Positions 51,131 through 60,516 of a stretch of DNA of 64,000 nucleotides are shown in pieces (the stretch's first letter is position 1; every line of letters starts with the position of its first letter). The notes beneath the pieces were generated by a model that searched no databases, was not told where the DNA came from, and worked only from the letters and a program-made list of their open reading frames with translations. The DNA lies in contig CAWKMU010000003.1 in assembly GCA_963850905.1 (NCBI GenBank), forward strand, positions 480,001 through 544,000, read 5' to 3'. The position numbers and the translations under genes were made by a program. The stretch is from an uncultured Gemmatimonadales bacterium (GTDB lineage Bacteria; Gemmatimonadota; Gemmatimonadetes; Gemmatimonadales; Gemmatimonadaceae).

Positions 51131-52008
51131 CGCTCGATCAGCTGCACCGCCTCGACATGATCCGCCGCCTCGCCCAACTCCGCGTGTGACAGTCGCATCA
51201 TTTCGGCTGCCAGCTGCACGACCGGGGAGGGAACCTTCTGGTCCCGCAGAAACGCGGCGGCGATCGCCACATCTTTGTCGAGAAGGGCCAGTCGAAACGT
51301 GCGAGGAAAGGCCCGTGTGAGGACGCGCTGTGGGATCAGATTCATCGTTGCGTTCGACCGACCACTCGACGCGTTGATCACGTCGAGCGCAACCTGCGGC
51401 GCGACTCCAGCTTTGCGCAGCCCCGCGAGCCCCTCGGCGGCCGACCAGATCGCGACCGCCAGGAGTGCGTTGTTCACCGCCTTGACCGCGGCACCCGCCC
51501 CGACTGGCCCACAGTGAACGATCTTGCTGCCGAAGGTGGCCAGCACGGGTCGCACCCGTTCCAGCACCGCCGCGTCCCCGCCGCACATGATCGTGAGCGT
51601 CCCTTGCTCAGCACCGCTCGTGCCGCCGCTCACGGGCGCGTCGATGTAGGCGATGCCCCGCTGAGCCAGATCCGCCGCAATCCGGCGCGACGTCGGCGGA
51701 TCGCCTGACGTGCAATCGACCCATATCGCGTGCGGTGCCACATCGTACAACAGCGTGGGGTTGTCCGCGAGCAGGGCAACGACGTCGGCTGACGTCGACA
51801 GGCACGTAATGATCACGTCCGCGCGCTGAGCGGCTTCCCCAGCAGTCGCCGTGACGCGCGTCGGCACGCCCGGCGGGATTGTGGCCTCAAATCGTTCGGC
51901 GCGCGCCGGCGTGCGATTCCAGACCGAGAGCTCGAGTCCCGCCGCGGCGACGCGGTGCGCCATGCGCCCGCCGATGTCCCCCAAACCGAGAAAAGCGATG
52001 CGTGTCAT
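51106..52008 (-). CDS. 3-hydroxyisobutyrate dehydrogenase-family NAD(P)-dependent oxidoreductase
   Basis: FLGLGDIG, WNRT, DAPVSGG, KAVNN, KDV. Confidence 0.92.
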   Translation of the reverse strand: MTRIAFLGLGDIGGRMAHRVAAAGLELSVWNRTPARAERFEATIPPGVPTRVTATAGEAAQRADVIITCLSTSADVVALLADNPTLLYDVAPHAIWVDCTSGDPPTSRRIAADLAQRGIAYIDAPVSGGTSGAEQGTLTIMCGGDAAVLERVRPVLATFGSKIVHCGPVGAGAAVKAVNNALLAVAIWSAAEGLAGLRKAGVAPQVALDVINASSGRSNATMNLIPQRVLTRAFPRTFRLALLDKDVAIAAAFLRDQKVPSPVVQLAAEMMRLSHAELGEAADHVEAVQLIERWAGVEIA

Positions 52009-52077
52009 GCCGCAAAAATACGGCAACGGTCGACGAATATGCATTGGGGCTTGTGGATCGCCGCGTAAATTTCGGCG

Positions 52078-52857
52078 ATGCCCCGTCGGAACATTGTGTT
52101 TCTGCTCATTGCGACCGTTGCCGCGATCTGCTGCGCCCGCCTGGGCTTCTGGCAGCTGCACCGCCTGGCCACGCGACGTGCATACAATGCCGTCGTATCG
52201 TCCCGCCTCGACACACCCCCGATGGCGTTGGCAGCAGTGCCGCCCGACACCGGCGAGCGCCACTACCGGCGCGTACGACTCGCCGGCACGCTCGACTTCT
52301 CACACGAGGTGCTGTTGATCGACCGAGTCCGGGACGGCGCACCTGGCGTCAACTTCATCACGCCAATGCGCGCCGACTCGGGCATGCTCGGAGACACGAC
52401 GGTGCTCGTGGATCGCGGCTGGGCCTACGCCGCCGATGGAATGTCCGTCGACGCTGCACAGTGGCAGGAGCCCACCCACCTGACAGGGACTGGATACCTC
52501 GTCGCCCTCGCGCCGGGCCAGGGCCCCGCGACCTTGTCGGCGTCGGGCCATCCGGACGAGTACCGGTGGCTCGACCGCGCCGCCATCGAGCAGCGCGTGG
52601 GGCATCCGGTAGCCGACTACCTCGTGGTGTTGCAGAGCGGCGGGAACGCGACGGCCGACGCATTGCCGGATGCGAACGGAGGCCATGCCGCACGCGCCCC
52701 AACCCGCCTCCTGGCCCCACCGCTCGACGAAGGCCCGCATCTGAGCTACGCGATCCAGTGGTTTTCTTTCGCCATCACCATCATCGTCGGCACGTGGTAC
52801 GCACTGTTCATCGCGCCGCGGCGACGCGACATCGTCGTGCCGCCTAGAACAGCGTGA
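52078..52857 (+). CDS. SURF1-family protein
   Basis: LGFWQLHR, VLVDRGW, HLSYAIQWF. Confidence 0.92.
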   Translation: MPRRNIVFLLIATVAAICCARLGFWQLHRLATRRAYNAVVSSRLDTPPMALAAVPPDTGERHYRRVRLAGTLDFSHEVLLIDRVRDGAPGVNFITPMRADSGMLGDTTVLVDRGWAYAADGMSVDAAQWQEPTHLTGTGYLVALAPGQGPATLSASGHPDEYRWLDRAAIEQRVGHPVADYLVVLQSGGNATADALPDANGGHAARAPTRLLAPPLDEGPHLSYAIQWFSFAITIIVGTWYALFIAPRRRDIVVPPRTA

Positions 52858-53704
52858 GCTGATCTCCCATCCGCTCGGGGGGAACCGGCGACTGTCCCAG
52901 CAGGTCCTGGAGCATCCGCGCCGACGCCGGCGCATGACCGGCGAAGTAGTTGCTCATGTAGGCGTAGACCGTCTTCACGCGATCCTGCAGCCGGCGGATC
53001 GCGTCGGCCCACACGGCGAGGTCGCGCGATCGGTCGACCTGCAGACGGGTGTGGTCGACGAGGTCGCGGTCGGGGCCCAGCCATCGGACATAGGCGAAGT
53101 CCGCGGTCGGGCGTTCGACGAGCGACAAGGTGACGCGTCGCGGGATGAACCGGGTGTCCGTGAGCGCGAGCGCGACGTTGTGCTCCGCCAAGAGCGCGAG
53201 GACGCCGTCATGAATCCATCCACGGTGGCGAAACTCGACGGCGAACGCGAGATCGCGCGGCAAGCGCGGAAGGAACGCGGCCAACGCGGGTAGCTCCGTC
53301 GGCGCGAACTCGGGCGCGAATTGGAAGAGAATGGGCCCGAGCTTCGACCCGAGCATCCGCGCACGATCGAAGAAGAGCTCTGCCAACTCCTGTGCGTCGC
53401 GCAACCGATGCTCGTGCGTCACTTCCTGCGGCATCTTGAGCGCGAAGACAAAGCCGGCAGGCACGCTCCCCGCCCAGCTGCGGACGGTGCTCGGTGATGG
53501 CGTCGAGTAGAAAGTCGCGTCGATCTCCACCGTGTCGAATGCGCGCGCATAGACGGAGAGAAACGACGCCTGCCGTGTGTCGAGCGGATAGAATGGCCCC
53601 TGCCACGCGGCGTAGTTCCAGCCCTGCGTCCCGATCCGGACGAGCCCGGGCTCCGCACGAGTGGACGCACTCGCCGACCGCGACCGCGAGGACTGGGAGG
53701 CCAT
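52844..53704 (-). CDS. DUF72 family protein
   Basis: IGTQGWNY..W.G.FYP, VEIDATFY, KLGPILFQ, AVEFRH, YMSNYFAGHAP. Confidence 0.92.
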   Translation of the reverse strand: MASQSSRSRSASASTRAEPGLVRIGTQGWNYAAWQGPFYPLDTRQASFLSVYARAFDTVEIDATFYSTPSPSTVRSWAGSVPAGFVFALKMPQEVTHEHRLRDAQELAELFFDRARMLGSKLGPILFQFAPEFAPTELPALAAFLPRLPRDLAFAVEFRHRGWIHDGVLALLAEHNVALALTDTRFIPRRVTLSLVERPTADFAYVRWLGPDRDLVDHTRLQVDRSRDLAVWADAIRRLQDRVKTVYAYMSNYFAGHAPASARMLQDLLGQSPVPPERMGDQLTLF

Positions 53705-53777
53705 GGGCACAGTATAGGGGCCGGGAGCAGCGGAAGTGAGGGTTGGGGAAAGGCTGGACGTGACGTTGGATGTTGGA

Positions 53778-53897
53778 GAACAAACCGAGGGTCCGCTCGG
53801 CGCACAGTGACCGGCCCTGGACCGGTAGGGGCGACGCATTGCGTCGCCCGTTGGTGTCGTTGCGGTTGGTTCCCTGACCCCTGACCCCGACCCCTGA
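53778..53897 (+). repeat. Composite element with REP at 53825
   Basis: AACAAACCG...GACCGGCCCTGGACCG-REP-GTT tract-(CCCTGAC)n. Confidence 0.88.
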
Positions 53898-53910
53898 TAC
53901 CGCAGTCGCC

Positions 53911-55416
53911 TTACCTATACGTTTCGAAAAACCCCGTCCCTTCTCCCGACAACGGCACGCCCCCGATACGCCCCGAGATCCGGGCGCGCCCCTTCATCTG
54001 GACAAAATAGGGGTGCACGAGCCGGCGAGCGGCAGCCGTTGCCCCACGCTCGATGAGCGGCCGGCGGGTATCGGTCGCCACGGCGTCTTCGACTGTGAGG
54101 TCCACACGCAGCGTATCCGCCCCTCGGACATCGGCGAGTCGCGCCGCCGATGGCACGCGCACCCGTCGCCCGTCCACGACGATGGTGCGGTGGTCAGTGT
54201 AGGCAATCGCCGACGGGCGAAAGACTGAGCGAAACCCCAGCGAATCAACCAGGTACACGAAGAGCGGCGAGTTTCCACCGAGGGAATCTGGCGGCTGTAC
54301 GCGGCCAAAGAGCAGCGCGAAGCTGCCGGCGCGCGCGGCCCCCCATTCCCACGTGACACCACGCCAGACGCCCCAATTGTGGTCGTGGTACGCCTGTGCG
54401 GCATCATACCGGGTGCAGCGCGCGCCGGCGCAGATCCGCCCACTGCCATTGGCCTTGAGGGCGGGCACGGTATACCCCGAAGCAAAATCCCCAGTCGCGA
54501 TATCCACGCCAGGGAAGTAGGCCCGCGGCGCCGGCGTGATCGTCAGGTCGACATCGATGCTCGCCCCTCCGGCATCCCGAGCGTGCGCCCGCACGGCGTA
54601 CCGGCCGTCGCCCAGCAAACGCACCGACGAGGGACCGATCTGGAGATCCGGAGAGGTCGTCGAGAAATGAATGCCCGCGGGTGGTGCCGTCGCCACGTAC
54701 CGGTGCTCTCGCGCCGGCGCGTCGGCCGCGGGGGCGGTGTGCGTCGTTACGAGCACCTGCCCGCCCCATTCGCCTCGTCCGACCGCACCGCCAAGAATGA
54801 AAGAGATGAAGACCCACTGCCGGCGGTCAGCGGACACGATGTTGAAGTAGTGCCACTCGCCCCAGCTCTGCGGGTTGGCGATCCCCGGGGGCGGCACGTG
54901 GAAGTGGTCGATGTCCGCCTCCAGCTCGGCCGGCGTTGGATGGGCCCACCGGCGGTCGATGTCGTCATCTGTCCACTGGCCCGCTGCGAGTGCTGGCGCC
55001 GCACCCACGGCGGCGGTGGCCGACGGCAAGTCGCCCAGCGCTCGGACTGGGCGTTCCTCGCCGTCGGCGGTCGTGAGATACAACAGCTTCTCGTCGCTTT
55101 GCGGCGCCACCGCGCGCACGAACGGTGCGAGCCGCGGGGACGCGAGCAACTGGAGAGCAACGAACCGTGCGTTGGGAATCGAGAAGAACATGCCGCCGAG
55201 GCCACCCGTCTTCATCACTTCCACGTCGATCCCATCGGGCAGCACCGTGACGTCGCCGCCGCCAACCAACCGCTCATCCTGCGCCTGAGTCACCATTGCT
55301 CCGCCGATGGCGAGCAGTACGATCATGACGGCCACGCCCAATCCGAAGCCGATGAAGAGCAGCGCCGACCGCCAGGGCTTGTAGAGAAAGTTGCGAACGG
55401 CCAGAAGGGTCAACAT
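53911..55416 (-). CDS. N-terminal half of a MacB/LolE-type permease fused to a lipocalin-like (AttH/CrtC-like) domain
   Basis: LAVRNF..PWRSALLFIGFGLGVAV (typical permease start), partial periplasmic domain, then WGEWHYFN...YHDHNWG..WEWG; no C-terminal TM helices. Confidence 0.7.
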   Translation of the reverse strand: MLTLLAVRNFLYKPWRSALLFIGFGLGVAVMIVLLAIGGAMVTQAQDERLVGGGDVTVLPDGIDVEVMKTGGLGGMFFSIPNARFVALQLLASPRLAPFVRAVAPQSDEKLLYLTTADGEERPVRALGDLPSATAAVGAAPALAAGQWTDDDIDRRWAHPTPAELEADIDHFHVPPPGIANPQSWGEWHYFNIVSADRRQWVFISFILGGAVGRGEWGGQVLVTTHTAPAADAPAREHRYVATAPPAGIHFSTTSPDLQIGPSSVRLLGDGRYAVRAHARDAGGASIDVDLTITPAPRAYFPGVDIATGDFASGYTVPALKANGSGRICAGARCTRYDAAQAYHDHNWGVWRGVTWEWGAARAGSFALLFGRVQPPDSLGGNSPLFVYLVDSLGFRSVFRPSAIAYTDHRTIVVDGRRVRVPSAARLADVRGADTLRVDLTVEDAVATDTRRPLIERGATAAARRLVHPYFVQMKGRARISGRIGGVPLSGEGTGFFETYR

Positions 55417-56171
55417 GCGGAACGTCGCACGCCGGTGCCGGATTCGCCGACGATGTCTCCATCGCGCATGTGAACGACTCGTTGGGCCGCTGCGGCCAGC
55501 TCGTCGTCATGGGTCACGACGACGATCGTCGTCCCATTGGCGTGGAGCTGCCGAAAGAGCTCGATGATCTGCCTCCCGGTACCGGCGTCCAGCTCGCCGG
55601 TCGGCTCGTCGGCGAGGAGAATCGCGGGACGATTGGCCAACGCGCGCGCAATGGCGACGCGCTGCTGCTCGCCGCCGGAGAGTTGCGCGGGCCGATGCCG
55701 AGCGCGATCGGAGAGACCGACGTACGCCAGCAGCTCCTGCGCGCGTGCGCTGCGTTCTGCGGATTTGACCCCGGCCTCGGCTAGCGGCAACTCGATGTTC
55801 TCGCGAGCGGTCAACGTTGCGAGCAAGTAGAACCGCTGAAAGACGAAACCGATGTTGTGGAGGCGAAAAAGCGTCGCTTCGCGGTCCGGCAGCGCGCCGA
55901 CGTCGCGCCCGCGAAAGAGCACGTCGCCCGACGTTGGCCGGTCGATGACGCCCAGAAGATTGAGGAGCGTCGACTTCCCGCAGCCGGACGGCCCGACGAT
56001 CGCCACGTGCTCGTTCGCGGCGATCTCGAGCGACAGGCCGCGCACCGCGCGGACCACCTCGTCTCCCATCCGGTATTCGCGCCGCAGGTTGCGCACCTTG
56101 ACGATCGCACCGTCGGATCGATCGTCCATGCGCCACGCCGCGCGTGGGATCGAGCGCCCGAATACCGTCAT
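55410..56171 (-). CDS. ABC transporter ATP-binding protein (LolD/MacB-like)
   Basis: [37 protein letters not shown]. Confidence 0.95.
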   Translation of the reverse strand: MTVFGRSIPRAAWRMDDRSDGAIVKVRNLRREYRMGDEVVRAVRGLSLEIAANEHVAIVGPSGCGKSTLLNLLGVIDRPTSGDVLFRGRDVGALPDREATLFRLHNIGFVFQRFYLLATLTARENIELPLAEAGVKSAERSARAQELLAYVGLSDRARHRPAQLSGGEQQRVAIARALANRPAILLADEPTGELDAGTGRQIIELFRQLHANGTTIVVVTHDDELAAAAQRVVHMRDGDIVGESGTGVRRSAC

Positions 56172-57358
56172 ACGATCGCCTCGCGGCGGAGTGTGGCCGC
56201 GATCGGGAGGGCCGATGCACGCCACGCCGGATACGCCCCCGCGAGCACGCCAGCCGTCACGAGCAGCGCCAGCGTGCGCCAGGCATCCACTGGCTGGAAA
56301 AGAAAGAAGTGGAACGCCGCTGGCAGCCCCGGGAAATCGGAGAGGATGGCATTGAGGTACCTCGCGGTCACGAGACCCAGGCCGAGTCCGAGGGCTGTGC
56401 CGGACAGTGCCAGCACGAGCGCCTCGAGCACGATCTGGATCACGACGCGCACCCGGCGCACGCCGATCGCGCGCATGACGGCGATCTCCCCGAGTCGTTC
56501 GTTCACGGAGACCGTCACGAGGGTGGTGACCAGGAGGAAGCCGACCGTGAAGCTCACCGCCCCCAGGATGAGCGCGAGCTGCCCGAAGTATCCGAGTCGC
56601 TCGTCGACCTGTCGCAACGCCGCGGGCGTCGACAACGTGGACACGCTCGGGAAGCGGCGATCCACCCACGCGGCCACGGAATCCGCATTCACGGAGTCGC
56701 GCACCTTGGCGAGAAACAGCGAGGCGCGATCGGCCCGCTGTGCGCCACCCATGGCCTGCAGTGTCGCGATCGGAATGGCCATCGCCGGTTCGTCGGCCGC
56801 CGTGTAGAAGAATCGACCGACGCCGGCGATCACGACCCGTCGCCGTCCGGCATAGGTCCGCAACTGCGAGTCGAGACCCGTGGCGACGTCCAGCGTGTCG
56901 CCCAGTCGTGCGTGCGCGCGCGAGAGGAACGCCGTGTTGACCACCACGCGATCGGTCCCGGCGAGCGAGTTCCCCTGCTCCAGCTGATAATCCGCCTGCG
57001 TCGCGGGATCGAGTCCCACCGCAAAGGTCGTCAGGCCGGCTCGGCCGCCGAGCAGCAGATGGATCTGCGCACCGAGCACCGGCGTCGCACTGGTGATGTC
57101 GGGGTTCGCCCGCAACGCCGCGAGGATGTCACTCGCGTGCCCGATGGTGGCCTCGGTATCCATCGGCAGCGTCCCCTTGGGAGCGATCCGCAGATCGAAC
57201 CCCTGGACCAACAGGAACCGGCGGAACGACTCCCGCATCCCGGTCGACAGCATGACCATGTCGAGCAGCAGCGCCGCCGCCACTGCCACGCCGGCGACCG
57301 CCAGCGCCGTCCGAGCCGTGTGACGGCGCAGGGAGGCGATCGCCAGCGACGCAATCAT
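56168..57358 (-). CDS. MacB/LolE-type ABC permease (full length)
   Basis: TM1, periplasmic domain, FtsX domain SVNERLGEIAVMRAIG, YPAWRAS. Confidence 0.92.
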   Translation of the reverse strand: MIASLAIASLRRHTARTALAVAGVAVAAALLLDMVMLSTGMRESFRRFLLVQGFDLRIAPKGTLPMDTEATIGHASDILAALRANPDITSATPVLGAQIHLLLGGRAGLTTFAVGLDPATQADYQLEQGNSLAGTDRVVVNTAFLSRAHARLGDTLDVATGLDSQLRTYAGRRRVVIAGVGRFFYTAADEPAMAIPIATLQAMGGAQRADRASLFLAKVRDSVNADSVAAWVDRRFPSVSTLSTPAALRQVDERLGYFGQLALILGAVSFTVGFLLVTTLVTVSVNERLGEIAVMRAIGVRRVRVVIQIVLEALVLALSGTALGLGLGLVTARYLNAILSDFPGLPAAFHFFLFQPVDAWRTLALLVTAGVLAGAYPAWRASALPIAATLRREAIV

Positions 57359-58173
57359 CGGCCAAAGAGCGTGAGTGGCGGCATGCGGGCGAGCCGCGTG
57401 CTCGCGACGAGTCCGGCGACGAGCCCCAGGACCACAGCGAGTGAAACCGCCAGGCCGACGATGTCAGGCGTCACCAGCGCAAACGCCAGTTGCGTCCGAT
57501 ACACGCCACGGTAGTGCCAGTTGATGAAGAGCGATGTGGCCCACCCGACTACCACGCCGACGGCGCTCCCCACCAGCGCGATACACGCTGCCTCCATGAC
57601 CACGGAGGTCACGACAGACACGCGCGAAATCCCGATCAGACGAAGCGCCGCGACATCATGCCGACGCTCATCGACTCTCAGGATGAGCAGGCACACGAGA
57701 AAGATCGCGCTCGCCACGACCGTGATGACCGCGATCGCCTTGTGAAACCGGCTGACGACCTGGAACGTCTTCGACGTCCCCACCGCCACGTCGCGAGACC
57801 GGTAGGCGTGAAACCCAAAGGCCTCGCCATTGATTGCCGCCAGCGCCCGATCCGTTGCGGCGCCACCGACGGTTCGGATCGCGAAGCGGTCGACCTCGTC
57901 GGCAGCGTTCGTCAGTCGTTGGAGCTCCGTCAGATGGACTCGGACACGATAGTCGTCGCGCGCTACGTCGGACGGGTCGGTGCCCGGTTGCACGATCGCG
58001 CGGATGACGACCGTATCGCCTCGCCCCGCCGCCGCGTCGCCTGGCTGGCCTGCGATGACCACCCGATCACCCACTCGGAGGTGCGCATCCGCCGCCAGGC
58101 GCGAATCGATCGCAATCGTGCGCGGCGGTCCGCCTGCCTGCACGAGCCACACGAGTGCCAACGCCATCAACAT
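57355..58173 (-). CDS. C-terminal half of a MacB/LolE-type permease with a short signal-like N-terminus
   Basis: 272 aa; hydrophobic leader, LRVGDRV half-domain, FtsX VDERRHDVAALRLIG. Confidence 0.85.
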   Translation of the reverse strand: MLMALALVWLVQAGGPPRTIAIDSRLAADAHLRVGDRVVIAGQPGDAAAGRGDTVVIRAIVQPGTDPSDVARDDYRVRVHLTELQRLTNAADEVDRFAIRTVGGAATDRALAAINGEAFGFHAYRSRDVAVGTSKTFQVVSRFHKAIAVITVVASAIFLVCLLILRVDERRHDVAALRLIGISRVSVVTSVVMEAACIALVGSAVGVVVGWATSLFINWHYRGVYRTQLAFALVTPDIVGLAVSLAVVLGLVAGLVASTRLARMPPLTLFGR

Positions 58174-58233
58174 GGCTCGAAAGATAGAGCAGGCGAATCC
58201 CTGCTTTGCGTCTACTTTCTACTTTCTGTGCTT

Positions 58234-58630
58234 CTACTCTCTCGGGCGCTTTAGCGCCCGCGGGACTGCGCGCGACAATGCGGCGAAGGTGCGCGTGCCG
58301 CCGCGCACCACGAGATAGCCGACCAGCAGCTCGACGCCCCCCGTGATGAGGGCGGAAATCCACACCTTGCCGACCGCCAGCGTCAGCGCAGCCGCGATGC
58401 CGATGGTCAGCGCCGACAGTGCAACGGCACCCGCACCGAACGCCACACCCAACAACGCGGCACCTCGGCTGGTGACGTGCAGCTTGTCCGCCATTCTCGA
58501 GCTTGGCGAGCCGGATCTCGTTCCCGGCCAGCCGTTTCGAGTCATCGCTTAGCCGGCGCACCAGATCGACCAGGGTCGCCGGTGTGCCCGCCGCCTGCTG
58601 AATGCGTAGGTCGCTGCTTGCCACGATCAT
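58234..58630 (-). pseudogene. Phage-holin-superfamily-III/YqjE-like membrane protein, frameshift near 58495
   Basis: LVDLVRRLSDD...EIRLAKLE continues in another frame as MADKL...GAALLG plus two TM helices. Confidence 0.7.
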
Positions 58631-59106
58631 CCCGCGTCGACGCTGGATGGCTTTGGCTGGCAAACATCGTTCCCAGCGGAAGGGCGATTGGCACGCACCA
58701 GCAGGACGGGCACCAGCGACCGGTGACGCACTTCGTTCGCGACGCTTCCCCGCCAGAGATCTGCCAGGAACCGATGCCCGTGGGTCGACATCGCGATGAG
58801 TGAGCAATGCTCGCGCTCGGCGGCCGCAGCGATCTCAGCGGCCGGATCGCCCGTAGCCAAAACGGCCTCCGCCGAAAAGCCTTCACTGGCGAGCTGCGTC
58901 ACGAGCTGATCGAGATACGCGCGATCGTCGCGCATCTCCTGAGACTCGCGCAGCACCAGTTGCTCGATGTTCCGCGCCACCCATCCGTCCGCAACGTGGA
59001 TGAGTACGAGCGCCGAACTGCACAGGCGTGCCAGGCCACGCACGTGGTCGATGATCGACGCGTCCGCCGGCGAGTGCTCGAGTGCCACGAGGATGCGCTT
59101 GTACAT
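58627..59106 (-). CDS. Universal stress protein
   Basis: MYKRILVAL, LIHV, GDPAAEI, LIAMSTHGH, GSVA, PVLLV. Confidence 0.93.
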   Translation of the reverse strand: MYKRILVALEHSPADASIIDHVRGLARLCSSALVLIHVADGWVARNIEQLVLRESQEMRDDRAYLDQLVTQLASEGFSAEAVLATGDPAAEIAAAAEREHCSLIAMSTHGHRFLADLWRGSVANEVRHRSLVPVLLVRANRPSAGNDVCQPKPSSVDAG

Positions 59107-59123
59107 GAGGCAACCTGCGGGTT

Positions 59124-59330
59124 CAGGGACCAGGAGTCAGGGGTCAGGATTCAGGGATCAAGGATCAGGATCAGGGAACAAATCGTAACGCCGACCGCGC
59201 GCAGCGTGGCTGGCCTTGGACCGGTAGGGGCGACGCAGTGCGTCGCCCGTCGTTGTCGCGGCGGGTGGTTGCCGTTCCCGCACCCCTCGCCGACGCATTA
59301 CGTCGCCCGTTGTTGCCGCGGCGGTTGGCC
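59124..59330 (+). repeat. Composite element with REP at 59224 and a second degenerate hairpin
   Basis: (AGGGTC/AGGATC)n-GGAACAAATCG...GGCCTTGGACCG-REP; CGACGCATTACGTCGCCC at about 59291. Confidence 0.85.
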
Positions 59331-59402
59331 GTTTGTGTCTCCTTTCCGCTTTCCCCTTTCTCCCTTCTACGTGGCGCGCAGCGCCCGTCCCCCGATTCTT
59401 AG

Positions 59403-60020
59403 TTATACCCCGGGCAACACAGACAGCAACTGCCGAAGGATCCGCTCGGTCATGCCCCAGACGACGTAATCGCCGTGCAGGAAGCTCGTCACCCTGCGCT
59501 CGGCACCACCGACGTGGACCGTCGACTCCGTGATCGCCCCCGGGGCGGTCAATTCTCCCAGCGGCACCCAGAACGCCGCGGCGACCTCGTCGCTCAGCTC
59601 GAGCGGGGCGTCCTCGCGCAGCAGCGCGACGAATGGGCGCACGAGAATCTTCCTGGGCATCGATCGCGGCTCCAAATCTTCCAGGGCGCCGAGGATCTCC
59701 CCTCTCTGGACGAGATCGAGCCCCGTCTCCTCTCGCGTTTCGCGGATTGCCGTCTCTTCCAGCGTGCGGTCTGTCGGGTCCTCCCGCCCGCCGGGCAGAG
59801 CCACGTGCCCGCTCCATGGGTCTCCTTCCCGCTCGGCTCGCTTGATGAGAAGGATTTCGATCCCGGCGTGCCCCGGTCGAAGCACGAGTGCCACCGCCGC
59901 CCGCGGCACGCCCGCGGGCGATTCCCTGACCGGGGGACGTCGGTGGCGCAGTCCTTCGCGTAGTCCGATGAGAGTCGACTGGACGACCGCCGGCCACAGG
60001 TCACCCGTCGACGTCTCCAC
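59403..60020 (-). CDS. NUDIX CoA pyrophosphatase
   Basis: AAVALVL, DPWSGHVALPGG, TAIRETREETG, VWGMT; start uncertain. Confidence 0.9.
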   Translation of the reverse strand: METSTGDLWPAVVQSTLIGLREGLRHRRPPVRESPAGVPRAAVALVLRPGHAGIEILLIKRAEREGDPWSGHVALPGGREDPTDRTLEETAIRETREETGLDLVQRGEILGALEDLEPRSMPRKILVRPFVALLREDAPLELSDEVAAAFWVPLGELTAPGAITESTVHVGGAERRVTSFLHGDYVVWGMTERILRQLLSVLPGV

Positions 60021-60363
60021 CCCCTTCGACCCACGCGCGGAATCCGCCCGCGAGGTGCGAGACGTTGGTGTACCCCATCTCCTGCAGCGTCTGAGCCGCC
60101 AGCGCCGATCGGTTGCCGCTCGCGCAATAGACCACGACCGCCGCGTCCCGGGGCACGCGCTGTTCGACGGTCGTCTCCAAAGTGCCGCGCGGAATGAACG
60201 TCGCTTGCGGCAGATGGCCGAGGTTCCACTCGTTTTGCTCGCGGACGTCGAGATAAACGACCGGCGCGCCGTGCGCCTGCATGTCGCGCACCTGCGACAC
60301 TGATGTCTCGCGGATCCGCTGCTTGGCCTCATTGATGAGCTGCGCACCAGTCTTGACGGGCAT
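60001..60363 (-). CDS. Rhodanese-like protein
   Basis: LDVREQNEW..GHLP, YCASGNRS, LAGGFRAW. Confidence 0.93.
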   Translation of the reverse strand: MPVKTGAQLINEAKQRIRETSVSQVRDMQAHGAPVVYLDVREQNEWNLGHLPQATFIPRGTLETTVEQRVPRDAAVVVYCASGNRSALAAQTLQEMGYTNVSHLAGGFRAWVEGGGDVDG

Positions 60364-60516
60364 TGGCCTCTCTTGGGGCAATCTCGTGCGGGCGGGCGAG
60401 CGATGACGTCGAGCGCGAGAGCCAGCCAAGGCAAATTAATCTGAAGCCGCCACGGTCGCTCTTCGCACACCGCCCGCGATGACGCGTCGCCGACGCCACA
60501 CGGCGACTGTGTCGGC

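Noticed and set aside
58234..58630. Holin-like gene as evidence of a prophage
   Set aside because: This family is common in chromosomal stress loci and there are no phage genes nearby.
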